NCBI GenBank assembly: GCA_038087875.1 | Contig: CM075981.1 | Span: 62,868,001 to 62,932,000, forward strand | Direction: 5' to 3' | DNA from: Malacoraja senta | Taxonomy: Eukaryota | Length of the DNA stretch: 64,000 nucleotides | Notes under the pieces: model-generated | Seen by the model: the letters and a program-made list of their open reading frames with translations, nothing else | The model's database searches: none | What the model was told of the DNA's origin: nothing | In this document: positions 35,701 through 50,764 of the stretch, one piece after another | Position numbering within the stretch: position 1 is the first letter of the stretch | Layout of the letters: the number at the start of each line of letters is the position of its first letter | Program-made: the position numbers and the translations under genes

Positions 35701-38046
35701 ATCAGTGGGAGCCATCATTTGTCGCAATAGATGATGATGGTAGCAGAATTAGCTCAGGATACTCAGGATACAGTTTCCAGCCCAGCGACGTGGACGCTTC
35801 TGCTATGGGGCCGCTATTCAGCTATCTGAGGTTCACTTAGTCTTGTGGCTGGCTGTATACAAACCTGCAATTGAGAAGCTCATTAGGTATCAGTGTGAAA
35901 TTTCATAGTCCTTGATGTCCATGAAAATGTTGATTTCATTAAGTTTCATGTGTCTCTTTAAGCCATGTAATGGCTGCATACTGTACTGAAGTAATGCTCT
36001 ACCACACCATCAGGAACTCTGGTCAGCTAACCTCACAGAGAAAGCCAAAACCCCCTCTAGGAGTTGAGGGTAGGTTTGGGTGAGGGTTGATGATGGGGGT
36101 ATTTACACAAGTTCCTGAAATCTTGAGATATGGCTGGGTTGAGGTCTTGTAGCTGAAGGTGTTCACGGATGAATCAAGAGGGAATCCCAGAGTGAGTCTG
36201 GCTCTTGTTTGATAGCTTCTTTCTCCAACTTCCATTTCCTTGATTAGATGGAAGCAGTCATGCATTGGATCCAGACGTTTGAATTAGACCAAAAATTGGG
36301 CCAAAAATTGAATTGTTTTAAAAACTTCAAATTGAACGGAGGGCAACCTGGAAGAACTGATTAAGTATTGTTTGTAAACATACAGGTATTTATTCATCTA
36401 TAAATCTAAGAGTTGGGCGCTTGTTACAGCTGTACAAGAACTTTGGTTAGCCTGAATTTGCATTATTGCCTAAGGGTTCTGATGCTCCATTACAGGAAGG
36501 ATGTGGAGGCTTTGAAAAAGGTCACCAGAATGCTGCCTGGACCAAGGGCTACTGGCTTTAAGGAGAGTGTGGACAAATTTAGATTGTTTTCTCTGGAAAA
36601 TCAGTGGCTGATAAAAGTGTATAAAATTACAAAAGGAAGGGTCAGGAAAAATTGTCGGGCTTTTTCATGATATGGAATTGTCTAATATACTAGAGGGCAT
36701 CAGTTTGATATGGGGAAAGTTTAAAGATATGTAACACATTTTTGTATTGCACGGTGGAAGGTGCCTGAATGTGCAGCCTGGGAAGGTGGTGGTGGAAATA
36801 AGATGCGATAACAACATTTAGGAGGCATTTAGATGGACATATGAACAGGCAGGTAACGGACGGATATAGACCAAGTGCAGGCAGCTGTGCAGTTTAAATT
36901 GGTGTTATGGTTAGCACAGACATCGTGGACCGAAGGGCCTTTGCTGTACTATGAGATTAAATGATGTCCAAAGTAATAATGAAGGCACTGAGCCTGCAAA
37001 GAGTGAAAGATAGGCTGTGTTGCCAGGTGTGGGGGCAGCACTTGGCCAGGGTGTCCATGTAATGCTAGGATTGTGATGCCACTGATCTTGTGTGCTGGTA
37101 CCTTGTGGGGAGGGTCCTCTTTGATTGGTGGGGTGGGAGGTGCCTCTTGTTACTCCAGCTGTAGGTGTAAGCCGAGGTGGAAAGATCAGAACCCCAAATC
37201 AACACTCACTCAGGACAGCAATGACCCAAGGCTGGGCGGCTTTTGGGAGATGAGATGGCTTTCAGGCAATTATTTTTGCTTGTTTCACTCGACGGGTTTT
37301 GGAAACCTGAGAGTTTGGAGCATCAACACTGTGTTGCACAAGGTGATTCACCAGCTGGCTCAGCTTAAACATGTAGTGTTGAGTTGTCCTAGCAACGGTT
37401 GAATTGACAAGTTGTGTAACTTGCTTCCTGAAGCTCTTTTAAAAAAAAACACTAAAAAAATCCCACTGTGAATTCTCACGGCAAGAGGGTGGCTTACCTG
37501 TGAGGACAATGGGTGTCATGTTTGGTGGCTCCAGACTGCTAATGTAAACTGTTGGAACAGTTGGGCCCTGTTTTGAGACTGGGGGCAATGATCAAGCTGT
37601 GATTTATTTACTGGGGAACTTGCACCAGTAAGGTCAAAACTAACTTAAATTCTGGGCTGTTTTGGTTACATGTCAACAGGTGCTTAATGAGTCATTGGCT
37701 GATTGTGTGTGTGCAGTGTAGCCGGCAAGAGTGCCTGTGTTCAGGACTACCCTGTTGAATTGTTTTTGGCTCGGTTTATTAATGTCACATGTTCTGAGAT
37801 GCAGCAGAAGGCTTAAAAAACAGATGTTTTCTGTTCTGGTGGCTACCTGTGGCTTGCTATCCCATTACAAGGACAACACTGATTACTGGCTGTAAACACA
37901 CAGCGCACTGGTTGAACTATTCCTTTGACTCCCTCAGTGTTTCTAAACTTATTGTGCACCTATGCTGTAGTATTTGTTGCTTAGGTGATAACTTACACTG
38001 TTCTTTCAGTGCTGTGTAGTCTAACATTGACTTGCTCTGTTTTCAG

Positions 38047-38258
38047 ACTAACGAAGTGACAGACAGTGCTTACATGGGCTCTGAGAGTACCTACAGTGAG
38101 TGTGAGACTTTCACAGATGAGGACACGGGTACCCTGGTTCACCATGGAGCACACGATGAGTTGGAAACTGACAGTGCCATAGACGCCACCATAAACTCCG
38201 AGTTCACAGATACACCTGAAGATTCAGAACACACTGTTCCGTTTAATGGGACCATGAA
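38047..38258 (+). CDS. RAB11FIP3: RAB11FIP3 212-nt exon, copy 2
   Basis: Same as 17195-17406. Confidence 0.93.
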
Positions 38259-41200
38259 GTAAGTACGAGGACTGTTCACTTTTGTTCTGTCATTTCAATG
38301 AGTATTGAGGGTCCCTCTCCTATAAATCAGTATCACGCCTGGCCGTTGTGCTTGTTTGGCACCCTAACCTTGTCATTGACCAACGACATGGTCATTTTCA
38401 GAGGCCCCATGGTATGAGATGCTTGTGGAGCCTGCAGCCCCTCCTATGGGTATGAATTGGTACTGCAGTATCCGAAGTGCCCTCGCCACATCACCCACGT
38501 GTCCCAACATGAAGCCTGTGATTTCCTTCTGGAACTGAAGGGTTTTCAAATTGGATGCAGTGCATCACAATATATTTGTTTTGCAAGGGCCAACGATTGG
38601 AGCAGGCTTCATAAATGGGTGGTGCCAAGTACTCACCATTTTACTTTAGATGCAAGTCTCCCTTGTATCTATCTCCTGCAGCAAAGGGAACTCTTCCAAC
38701 AAGCGGGGAACTATGAAACTAGAAAGACTAGCTTTTCCAAACATTTGGTTTGAATGGAGTTTATTAGAAAAACAGTGTGGTGTAAGTGAGATCTGCACTG
38801 CTGTGAGTGCATAGTGAGATGGGAGACCCCCATCTGATGGTCCATGGTGCAAAGCAATGTTTACACAGTCCAGATCGGGGAAGCCAGACGTGCCAGTGGT
38901 TGACTTATTGGGTAAAAGGCTGGTAAGCAGCATCCAGTGCCACAGGGTTCCTTGGAGTTTAACCGAATCGGATGTTCCACTAGGTCAGTCTATTGATTAA
39001 AAAAAGTTAACATTAAAAAATCTAATTTAAATCATGAGTGGGAAGGTTTTTGTGAGGACGTGTGGTTCCAGGCCTTGATTGCAGCCTTGGTTCAAACACA
39101 GACAAAAGCACAGGACTCCAGATGTGAGTAGAGTGCCAGACTTTAACATCAAAGGCAGCCTGAGTGGGGCCTGCAGGATCCCTGGTTTAAAAAAAAAGTT
39201 AAATAGCAAGGAGGAGATGCTTCACTGTCTGGAGTCATATTTCCCATAAAGGATGAATATGGTTGTTGAAGATAAATCTACTTGGTTCTGGGACATTGTC
39301 CATGAGTGTTCTCAACCTTTAGCTCCATACTGTTGAAAGGCTGGCAATAGAGGGGTTTGCCATTGATTCCACAATATTTAATTCATTTGCAAGCTCCCGT
39401 TCAAGATTACATACAGCAAAACCTAAACAACATTTGGACAAGACCCAACATGAGTGTAAGGCATTGACCATCTGAGCATTACCACCAATCTGTTGGGGGA
39501 ACCAATGACCAAATTCAAATGGACCAACCATATTCCTCTTCCCTTGGGGATAAGAATGACTTGCTGGCACTCCACCTCCATGGGTTTGGAGGTAACTGAA
39601 GAGTCCTCAATGGGAACTGCAAGCTCTGCCATGTTTGATCGGTTGATGGGCTGTTTGGGATACTTTGCAAAGCCTCCACTGTCTGCAAATGGCTCCTTGA
39701 AGTATCGGTGTAGGCAATCAAGGAATAGCAATGTGTTTTTTAAATGGGGAAGAAGAAGCATGACTGGAGAGCTGTGACCAGTGGTGTTCTGCTGGGATCA
39801 GTGCTTGGACATCTGATTATATGCAAGTTACTTAAACAAAAAGGTAGGTGGGCTGATTAGCAAGTTTGCAGTTAGCACAAAAGTGGTCGACTTGTGGATA
39901 GCGAAGAAGGTGTCGAATATACAACAGGATATAAATTAGTTGCAGATATGGGCTGAAATGGAGGATGGAGTTAAAGGTGGATAATTGAGGGGTTGCACTT
40001 TGGGAGGTCAAATGTAAGGGACGGTATAGTTAGTTTAGTTTATTATTGCCACGGATACCGAGGCACAGTGAAAAGCTTTTTGTTGCGTGCTATCCAGTCG
40101 GCGAAAAGAGTATGTATGTTACAATCAATCTGTTCAGTGTATAGATACAGGATAAAGGGCATAGTCAGTGTAAGAAATGCTGCTGTTGAAATAAAGATTT
40201 ATAAGAGTGGAGCGATTTGTAATGAGAGCAAATCCACTTCTGGGATCAGCACGCAAAGTTGCCTGGCTTTGGTGCCATCTTGGATATAGTATAGTTAATG
40301 ACAGGACCCTTGGGAGCATTTATTATATGGAGATCTTGAGGTTCAAAAGTCCATGGTTTCCTGAAAGTGGCAAAGTATATAGAGTGGTAAAGAAAGCATA
40401 CAGAATGCTTGCTTTCATTAGTTAGGTTATTGAATGTAAAAGCTATCTCATTGCAGCTTTATAAAACTTTGGTTAGTTTACACTTATGTGTTAGTATTAT
40501 GTGCAATTCTAGTTACCTCATTCCATGTTGAGGCTTTGGAGAAGATACAGAAGAGGTTCACCAGGAGGTTCACTGGATTAAAGAATATCAGCTAATAGGA
40601 GAGGTTGGCCAAACTTGGATTGTTTTCCCTGGAGTGTCAGATGCTGAGAGGAGACCTGAGAAGTTATAACATTGAGACACATAGATAGGGTCGTAGACAG
40701 TCTTGATTTTTTTTTTCACAGTATAGAAATATTAAATACTTGAAAGTTAGTTAATGGAGTTGCTTGAGGCAAGTTTTTTTTTCAACCCCAAAGGTAGGTG
40801 CCTGGAATTAGCTGCTGTGGGAAGTTGGTGAGGCAAATATTATCTTGGTGCTTTTGTTCTGAGTGGCCGTGCTGCAAACATTAAATAGTGGAGATAACGG
40901 TTTAAACCCTCCACCCCGATTGTCCTGGAATAGAGTCCACTCCACGGGAACTTGATGATGGTGAGGTACAATTTCACATTGAGGAATCCATACAAATACT
41001 TTGGCTGTAACAGGGAGTTTGAGGTTCCTATTTCCTGTAAAATGCATTTGTAGAAAGTCCCCTTCTCAGAGTGATTGTGTTCAACAGCTTTGAAGCAACA
41101 AAGCCACTGAATTAAGTTGGTGTTATGTTTCCAGGATAAGATCAGTGTGCCTCTAAACTCTAAAGGTTCGGTCTGAAATGTCCCTATTCATTATGGCAAA

Positions 41201-42851
41201 GAAGGGACTTGCCTTAATCTTCAGTGAAAGAAAAGCTAATAACTATATCAAGTCCAGCTCTTGCATTGCTTCCCCTTGCTGCAAGATGTATCAATGTACA
41301 ATGTGCATGGATGTATTTTTACAAGGTGCAAGCTGTAACTTGCCAGTACCTTTTAATAAAAACTTGACTAACCAGTAGCTCTAAGTGAGTACGTTGCCTC
41401 CAATGGAAGTAAACCTCTGGTAGAAAATAAACAAGCAACTGGTGTTAACTTGCCGTTAACTGGCTTTCTCAAGTCAGCAGGTATAAGCCAGGGATAAACC
41501 AGGCAGTTTTCCAGCACCAGGTGCTGTGCACTGGAGCTGAGCTGTACACAATGTAGCTCTGTATAGCGTGGGATAGAGTGGGGGAAGGCTGGACTGCATG
41601 CTTGACATGAAACGGCAGGAGACATTTGAAAGGTCAGCGCGGTGTACCTCCGCTGAGGCAGGACGGCACATCGGGAGTCATACAGGGAGCTGTCGCCAGG
41701 GAGCTGCTCAATCGGACTGGTATTTCCTACCATCTTTATCGCTTCTGCAGTTAATTGGCTTAAGTGAAAGAATTGTTTTATTTGGAGTGAAATAAAACTG
41801 AGTGTAATTAGTATTCTTTAAATCAGGGGAGTAATTATAACATAGAACAGTGCAGCACAGGAACAGGCCCTTCAGCCCACAGTGTCTGTGCTGAACACTA
41901 TGGCACGATAAACTAATCTCTGCCTGCAAGTGATCCATAACACTCCATTCCCAGCATATCTATGTGTCTATCTAAAAAGCCTCTTAAACACCATGATTGT
42001 ATCTGCTGCCACCACCACGACCATCACCCCTGGCAGTGGGTTCCAGGCACCCATTGACTTAAAAACAACCTTATCCTGCACAGCTCTTTAAACTCTTTCT
42101 TCTCACCCCCCCCCTCCCCCACCCACCTTAAAGTTATGCCTTCTAGTCTTTGTCATTTCCACCCTGGGGCGGGGGAAGAAAGGTTCTATACTTGTTTGGA
42201 CAAGGCATGTGAGATCAGAATCACAAGTCCTGGCGAAACCCAGCTGAGCATTGTGCAAGTGCTGCTGTATGGTCACTTGATGACATTTCACAATTGAGAG
42301 TTGTAGTCGCTTTAGCTGTATGTGGGTGGGTTGGTTCAATGTGCATCATGTCCCGAGATGATTGTCTTCCGCACCAAGTCAATGTTACCCAGTCCAACAG
42401 ACTTTGTCTCAACAGTCTCTGCTTCCTCCTCCATCTGAAGTTGGCTGCAAATGCTTGTTTTCTCTGGTCATTCCATGCTGACCTCATCATCTGAGGATGT
42501 TCATGGAGATTAAGAGTATTCATGGAGCTGCTATCATTATTTAATGATCCGTCAGAACTGGATGGGGTGGAAGGAACATGCAGACCATTTAATGCACTGA
42601 ACGAGTAAATTGTGGCCTCCCATTATTTTCACCCAGGAAGAGGCAGGTGTAGGGGTGATGACCATGCAGTAGTTTCTTCAGGATAAGGAATACCACCTTG
42701 AAAGTGGAAGAACAACAATACTTTCGGAAAAGCGTATGGAAAGCTTCAAATTTCCCTGAAATCTTGGTTCATGGTATTTCCTGGTGCTAGGAACCTTCAG
42801 CATAATGCCTAAGCTCCAGCATTTCTCTCCCCCCCCTCCCCCACCACACAG

Positions 42852-42977
42852 CACCGAGGAGCACTTTGAAGATTACGGTGAAAGCAACGAGAATGACTTT
42901 GCCGCAAGCAGTTTCTGTCAGGATGGAAGCATAAGCATCAATGGCCACTTAAATCGCTCGGCATTGCTTTGTCCCAG
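42852..42977 (+). CDS. RAB11FIP3: RAB11FIP3 126-nt exon, copy 2
   Basis: Same as 22001-22126. Confidence 0.88.
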
Positions 42978-43415
42978 GTAAGGCCCTGCTGGGGAATGTG
43001 GCTGCATGCGATTGCTGGGGTGGAGGGGAGACTCTTAACACGTGACCAGACCGTGGAGAACTAATCTTGCAGTTGCTGCAACACCTCGTTGTCTCTGAAC
43101 GGCAAATGTTGGTTGTCAGCTTCAAGCGTGTGGCCTGTGTGAATGACACTTGTCTTTGGATGTTCCAGTCATAGATGCTGTTTTCTTGCAAAGTGAATGG
43201 CTATGTTTCTTTTTCTTGTCAGCGGACTATTTAACATAATGGAACTTTTGGGCATAGAAGTTGGGTGGATCTATCTTGTGTAATTACCTCAGTAGCATGT
43301 TTCTTCTGCAAACCTTTGCCATGTAAAATCTGCGTCCCAATCACTTCTGAAATGTGTGTCCTTGAGATCAATAGATTCTCTTTTAATCACCCAACTGCCC
43401 CCTCTGATTTTCCAG

Positions 43416-43547
43416 TGATCATTTTACTTCAACTTTACAAAGTATCATTGGGGAAGAGATGCTGGAGTTTTACTGCACTCAGTGTCATAAACAAATCAAT
43501 CGCCTGGAAGATCTGTCTGCTCGCATCAGCTGTCTTGAAATGAATAG
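43416..43547 (+). CDS. RAB11FIP3: RAB11FIP3 132-nt cassette exon, copy 2
   Basis: Same as 22565-22696. Confidence 0.85.
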
Positions 43548-46500
43548 GTAACTGCATGGTTCTGCCTTGCTTTTGGTTGGGGTTTTCCTGACTTGTGGTG
43601 ATCCTTTGTGTCGTTTTAGAGGTAGAAACTTTGTAGGTTATGGAACCAAGCCGAAGGTGCTTGGACTGTGGTTTGCTGCCTGAGCTTGTGGGTGTTGTTG
43701 CCATCTGATACCTGTGCTAATAAGAGGTTAATAATTGTGCGAGGAAACGCCAAGCCAGTGTTGTGTACCGCAGGCCGCAATTAAAAGCAACCTTGTAATG
43801 GTTGAGGTGAGGTTCTGTCTCTGGAAGTTCATCACCAGCAATGTTGTCTCCTTATTGGTCTGGTGTGGCAACTGGTGCCTTGCTACACTACTGTAAAGCG
43901 TGAGGAAACCAATCCTGAGCAAATGAGGACACTATTTAGTGAAGAGGGGAGAAGGGAAAGATGTAATAGGAACCTGAGGGACAACTTGTTCAGTGGATGG
44001 TGGGTGTATGGAGCAGGCTGCCACGGGGGGGTAGTTGAGGCAGGTACTGTAACATTTAAAAGATATTTGGCCTGGTGTAAGGATAGGCAATGTTGAGCGG
44101 AATGTGGGATTAGATCAGATGGGGTATATTGTTTGGCATGGGTAAATTGGGCTGAAGGGCCTGTTTCCATACTGTGACTTTGACTCTAGGTATTTGAGAG
44201 TATTATATAGAACATCTGTGCTGAACACACAGCCTATCTGCCTGCACGTGGTCCTTATCCCTCTTCCCTGCATATCCATGTGCTTATACAAAAAGTCTCT
44301 TAACTGCTACTATCACATCTGCCTCAACCATCCCCAGCAGCGCGTTCTAGGCACCCACCTCCCTCCGATACAAAAAGACTTGCCCCGTACATATTTAAAT
44401 TTCGGCCCTCCCACCTTAAAACTATGCCCTCTAGTATTTGATTTATCCAAAAGGTCCAGACTGTCTTCCCTATCTATGCCTCCCTTAACTTTGTATACTT
44501 CTATAAAGTCTCCCTACAACCAGAGCAAACAATGCAAGTGTGTCCAACTTCTTCCCATAGCTAACATGCCCTATTCCAGGCATCATTCTGATAAACCTCC
44601 TCTGCACCCTTTCCAAAGCCTCCCTATCCTTCCTGTATTGGGTGCCTGTATGCAGCGTTCTGACAGATGTGATGGCGCCGTTTAAGAGACTCTTGGATAG
44701 GCGCATGGATATGCAGGGAATGGAGAGAGATATAGATTATTTGCAGGCAGATAAGATTTGGTTTTGGCATCGTGTTCAGTCCAGACATTGTGGGGTGAAG
44801 GGCCTGTTTCCATTCTGCACTGTTCTATGTACAATGAGCAGTTCATGCATGAAATCCTTCCCTAGATTAATATTTAACATCCGTGTCTCCTGTTATCTAA
44901 AAGCTCTAACATTTTGCCACTTTTGTATTCTTCTGTACATTTTACACGACTTGTGTAAATTTTCATCAGCTATTATCAAGGATTTCTGTTCTAGATATTT
45001 GCTGTTTTGACACCGAGTTCTAAAACTAACCATTTGGTGTTGTCAGCAAAACATGAAAAAGTAACTTTATAGTTAGTTATGGATAAAATAATCTCCAACT
45101 GTGAACAGTTGACCTAATGCACAAGTTTGTGAACTCTGTGCATATGATGTTTGTCACTTAACCCTACCCATGTGGCTGGGAAGCTGGTACAAAATGAAGC
45201 CATTGTGATTGCATACTGCACTCCCTCTCTACTTCATCCCTGAGTCACCGTGTGACACAATCTGCTTCTGATGCTCTAAAATTGCTTGCTTTGACCTTGC
45301 TGGTAAAGCACCAATCTGCAGGTGCTTTAATTCTTTATTTGAACAGGCTTTTGTGCACCACACTGATAGCTACACACAGGGTTAAGATGAGAAGGAGTGG
45401 TGGAGGGGTCAGTGTTGGCAGGGCAATGGAGGGTATAATTAGTGCACACGAGGAACTGCAAGTGCTGGTTTACTAAGCAAGCCACACAGTGCTGGAGGAA
45501 CTCAGCAGGCCAGTCAGTATCTCTGGAGAACATGGATAGGTGATGTTTTGGGTCAGGTCCCCTAATTTGAGGAAGGACATTCTTGCTATTGAGGGAGTGC
45601 AGCGTAGGTTTACAAGATTAATTCCCGGGATGGCGGGACTGTCATATGCTGAGAGAATGGAGCAGCTGGGCTTGTACACTCTGGAGTTTAGAAGGATGAG
45701 AGGGAATCTCATTGAAACATATAAGATTGTTAAGGGCTTGGACACACTAGAGGCAGGAAACATGTTCCCGATGTTGGGGGAGTCCAGAACCAGGGGCCAC
45801 AGTCTAAGAATAAGGCGTAAGCCATTTAGAACGGAGACGAGGAAACACGTTTTCTCACAGAGAGTGGTGAGTCTGTGGAATTCTCTGCCTCAGAGAGCGG
45901 TGGAGGCAGGTTCTCTGGATGCTTTCAAGAGAGAGCTAGATAGGGCTCTTAAAAATAGCAGAGTCAGGGGATATGGGGAGAAGGCAGGAATGGGGTACTG
46001 ATTGGGGATGATCAGCCATGATCACATTGAATATGGATAGGTGATGGCCTGCTTCTGCACCTATTGTCTATTGGGCCCTTCAGATTGCATAAGGGTCCTG
46101 ACCTGAAATGTCACCCTTGTATGTTCTCTGGAAAGTATAATTAAGCTGGGTGTGGAATGAGCAGAGTGTTTGAGCAGAATAATATTCATGTTATGAAGCC
46201 AATTGTCAATAATGGAGTGAATGTTTGGGACCGCTGTGGGTCAGGCCAGTTGGCCACTGGACATGTCATGATGAGTCGGGGCTGTCTGGTCAGATTGCTG
46301 TGCGGTGGGTGCATTCTGATCAGTCGCAGTGCATTGTGCTTTGTCAGTAAATCTGAGCAAACCTGCCCCCTGCTGGGGACGGATGTGTTGTGCTGTTACC
46401 AGGGCAGTTCATGAAGATAGACCCAAAATGATGGAGAAACTCAGCGGAATGGGCAGCATCTCTGGAGAAACATCGCCCATTCCTTCTCTCCAGAGATGCT

Positions 46501-48798
46501 GCCTGTCCCACTGAGTTACTCCAGCATTCTGTATCTATCTTCGGTTTAAACCAGCATCTGCGGTGCCTTCTTACACAGTTCATGAAGAGTTGTGCTTCCC
46601 TGCAGTATGTGTCCATGGAACCTGGCGGTGCTGTTGACATCAGGCAGCAGCTGGCTGGATGCGGTGAACCACGTTCTGCAGTTTGAGAAGGGAAGATGTT
46701 GTTGAAGTAACTGGTGGTCAGGGACTCTTGATGCTAGCTTAGTTTAGAGATACAGCGCAGAAACAGGCCCTTCGGCCCACCGTGCCAACAGGCGATCGAT
46801 CCCCTTACACTAGCACTATCCTATGCACTAGGGACAATTTACAATCTTTAAACCAATTAACCTGTACTTCTTTGGAATGTGGGAGGAAATCGGAGCACTC
46901 GGAGAAATCCCTCGTGGTCACAGAGAATGTACAGACTCCATACAGACAGGATTAAACACAGGTCTCTAGTGCTGTAAGGCAGCAACTCTACTGCTGTGGC
47001 ACTGTGCTGCCCCTAACCACCCTATCCAACTTGGCTCCCAAGGATATCGCCGTGCGGCAAATATTTCACTCCATAGTTCAAGGCGGGCTGTTAATGGGGG
47101 TTTTTTCCCTCCTGTTATGCAGCCAGTAAATACTGTAATTCTGATCACGCCTCCTCCTCTATCACCTCCAACACCTCCATGATTCCAGGAGACCATCACC
47201 ACCAGCACCTAACATCTGCTCACTAGCTCGGGGCGTGATCTTTGAGCACACCATGGGTATTGAACATGGGACAATGGGAGCAAGAGTAGGCCACTCGGCC
47301 CCTCGAGCCTGCCCCATCATCTAATATGCTTTTGGCAGATCTATGTTGGTATTAGCCCCTTGCTTTGTGCCAATTCCCCATGGCCCTCAATTCCTGTACC
47401 TTTCAAAAATTCATTCACCTCCAACTTAAATATTTCTAATGTCTGAGCTTCCACAACTGAGGCAGAGAAATCCAGAGCGGTACCATCCTCTGTGATAAAC
47501 AATTCCTTTGTGCTTCAGTTTTATTTACGGTCTCCTCATCTTGAAACTTTCCTTTCATCGGAGTCTTCCACTAGTGAACACATCTCTATCTAACTTGTCA
47601 AGCCCCTTTATCTTGTGCTTCAAGAAAATCAACCCCCCTTTTTCTAACAAACTGGGATGTGAAGCAAGCAGATTTGCCCCACCCGGCAGCTCCGGACTGT
47701 ACATGGGAGTAACTCTAATGGCAACTGTAGATTGTGTAGTGGGAGCAGAAGGAAAGGGAAACTTCTCCAATCTCAAGGTCAGAGCCCACTTATCTGTGGA
47801 GGATTTCCTGCTTCAGTTTTTCTGCTGGGGGGAGGGGAGGCTGTGAGGTGTTGGTGTTGGCATTGGCCTGGCTTATGACACAGCCGGCACAGGCTAGGCA
47901 GAGGTGGAGTGGCCTGTTGGCTCTGGTTGACAGTAGTTCTTGCTGCAATGCTGGCAAAGTCACACAATGCCCTGAGAGCACAAGGCGCACTTTTAGGGCG
48001 AGAGTAGGCAGTGCATTTTGCATGTAGCGCCCCACAAATGCACAATGGTGTACAAGACTGAGCTGTCATGTCCCTGTCCCCGAAGATCGACATAAAGCTG
48101 GAGTAACAGCGGGACAGGCAGCATCTTTGGAGAGAAGAAATGGGTAGCGTTACGGGTCGAGACCCTATTCCTTGACTGCAGAACCATCCAATTTCCTTCT
48201 ACAAACACTTTACTCTGCCCAGCCTCTTTTTTACATTCCTTCTCTCCATAGATGCTGCCTTGTTCTGCTGAGTTACTCCAGCATTTTGTGTCTATCTTTG
48301 GTTTAACCCAGCATCTGCAGTTCCTTCCTACACATATCCCTGTCGCCAGTGGGCCCCTGTGACACGGTTTGTACACTTGGTCTCTGAAGATGTTGCATGT
48401 TAATAATGAGTTTACTGTTAAGTTCAGTTGATGCTGGATAATGGCCATAGTGAAGGGCATCATTGGGGGGCAATTATAGCGTGTTTGTTGTTGATCCCCT
48501 TCCCCAGGGAGGGAAGATCCTTCACTATGGGCTATAATGTTGTGCACTTGTCACACAGTGACAGCGCTTTTGCCCTCACTTGTGGCCACCATGCTCAATA
48601 GTTGCCTGCCATCTGTAATGAAAGTGCTGCTTTAAACAAGGCAGACGGGTAAAGAATGAATTTGTCAAGTGGTGGCCCAAGCTATCTGACTTCTGTTCGG
48701 AGTAGTTGATTGGCACAGGACTGTGAATTTCCCAGTTTCCTGCTTTCTCTGATCCAGTCTAATTTTCCTGATTCCACATCCTGTTTTTTTGCTTTCAG

Positions 48799-48834
48799 CC
48801 CCATCATGAGACTGGGCAGCAAGAAGGTGGCTCG
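48799..48834 (+). CDS. RAB11FIP3: RAB11FIP3 36-nt exon, copy 2
   Basis: Same as 27948-27983. Confidence 0.88.
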
Positions 48835-50670
48835 GTAAGTGGTGAACGTGGCTGGAGGGGCAGGCTTTTCATGTCGGGCTGTTTCTAAATGTTTCCCTGG
48901 GCTTTGGGCGAGAGGGGTGAGTGACGGACAAGGAGCACCTTGGCAGGCACGTGTTGCTGCAACAGTGGGGAGGGGAGGCTCGGTGTGGCTCTGATCTCCA
49001 GCAGCTGCTGAGGGTGGTGTGGCCAGTTGCAGGATTGGAGGGTGTCTGTTTTTGCTCGAGGTTGAGCCGCTCTGAGAGTGACTGGGCTCTCTGCACGTGT
49101 CTGAGTCAGCTCAGCGTGTCGGTCCCAAACCCCACGTAGACTTTCACACTGCTCACTCTCACATGGTAGCAGCGAGGTCCTGTTGTGCAAAAACCTTCAG
49201 CCAAATGCAGTGGACGGGACTCGAGTCCTCCATCCAGCAAGAGTTGTGTAGGAACTATCTGATTAGTAGGTTGATAGTGGTCCAAGAAGATTGTCAAAGG
49301 ATACAGGTCAGTTACAGGTGTGGGCAAAACTTCAGGAAAAACTTTTTCACACAGAGTTGTAAATTTGTGGAATTCACTGCCTCAGAAGGCAGTGGAGGCC
49401 GATTCACTGGATGTATTCAAAAGAGAGTTAGATGGAGGTCTTGGGGCCTGCGGAATCAAGGGGTATGGGGCGAAGGTGGTAACGGGGTACTGATTGTGGA
49501 TGATCAGCTCATGATAACTTTGAATGGTGGTGCTGGCTCGAAGGGCCGAATGGCCTACTTCTGCACCTATTGTCTCTGCATCAGTCAGAGCATTGGGTAC
49601 AAGAGTCTGGATGGCACGTTGCAACTTTTGGAAAAACTTCCGTGAGGCTGCGTTTGGAGTATTGTGTGCAGTTCTGGTTGATGTGGAGGCTTCGGAGGGC
49701 ACATTTACCAGGATACTGCCTGGATTGAGTGTATTAGTTAGAAGGAGAGGTTGGGAAAACTTGGATTGTATTCTCTGGAGTCTGAGAAGAGACCTGATAG
49801 CAGTATATAAAATTGTGGGGTAGATGGTTGGTCCTTTTCCAAGGGTAGCTATGTAAAATATGGGGACACAGTTTTACAGAAAAGAAAAAAAGTTTAAAGG
49901 AGATGTGCAGAGTGAATTTATTTTCAGTGATGGGTGACAGGAATGCACTGCTGTGGTGGTGATGGAGGCAGATATGGTAGCAGTTTTAAGAGGCTTTAAG
50001 ACAGTTGTGTGAACAGACAGTGAATGGAGGGACCTGGATCATGTGCAGGCAGATGGTATCATGATCGGCACAGACCTGATGGACTGAAGTGCCTGTACTG
50101 TGCTATGATGTACTTGGGGCCAGATTGAGCCATGGGGTTAGCTTGATGCTGGAATCCATCCACTGGCCAGAGACGTGCACATCCTGAATCTGGGCACAAG
50201 AGCCTCCAGATGCTGGAACCTGTGGCAGCAACAGGAGAAGAGCAGCTGGAAGAACTCAACAGGTTAGGCAGCATCTGTGAAGGGAAACGGACCGTTGATA
50301 TTTCGGGTTGAGGCTCTTCATCCAGTCCAGATGTAGGGTTTTGATGTGAAACATCCATTCCTTCCTCGGATGCTGCCCGACCAGCTGAGTTCCTCCAGTT
50401 GCTCTCTCCTGCCTCCTAATGTGATTACTGAGAACTGCTTTGCTCCGTGCCAATGTGATGGGAGGTGGCTCCTGCAGAGAATTGTGTGGTTGGCTGATTC
50501 AGACGTAGGAGTTGTGCTGAACTTGCCCAAGCTGACAGTGGTGTGGTGTGCCTGGCACGGCCTGCCCGACCTCTCACCCGGGCATCTCCAACACAAAGAC
50601 TGCTTGCACTGTGCTCCCAGCTGTGTGAAGCGACATTGGCAGCTGTGCTGACTACATCTTCTGATTGCAG

Positions 50671-50764
50671 GCACCTCCAGCAGAACAGCACAGCCAGCAG
50701 TGACAGCATGGAGGACCTGTCCACCAGCACCTTCGACCAGCTACCCGCCGACCTCTCAGACCAG
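50671..50764 (+). CDS. RAB11FIP3: RAB11FIP3 94-nt exon, copy 2
   Basis: Same as 29821-29914. Confidence 0.85.
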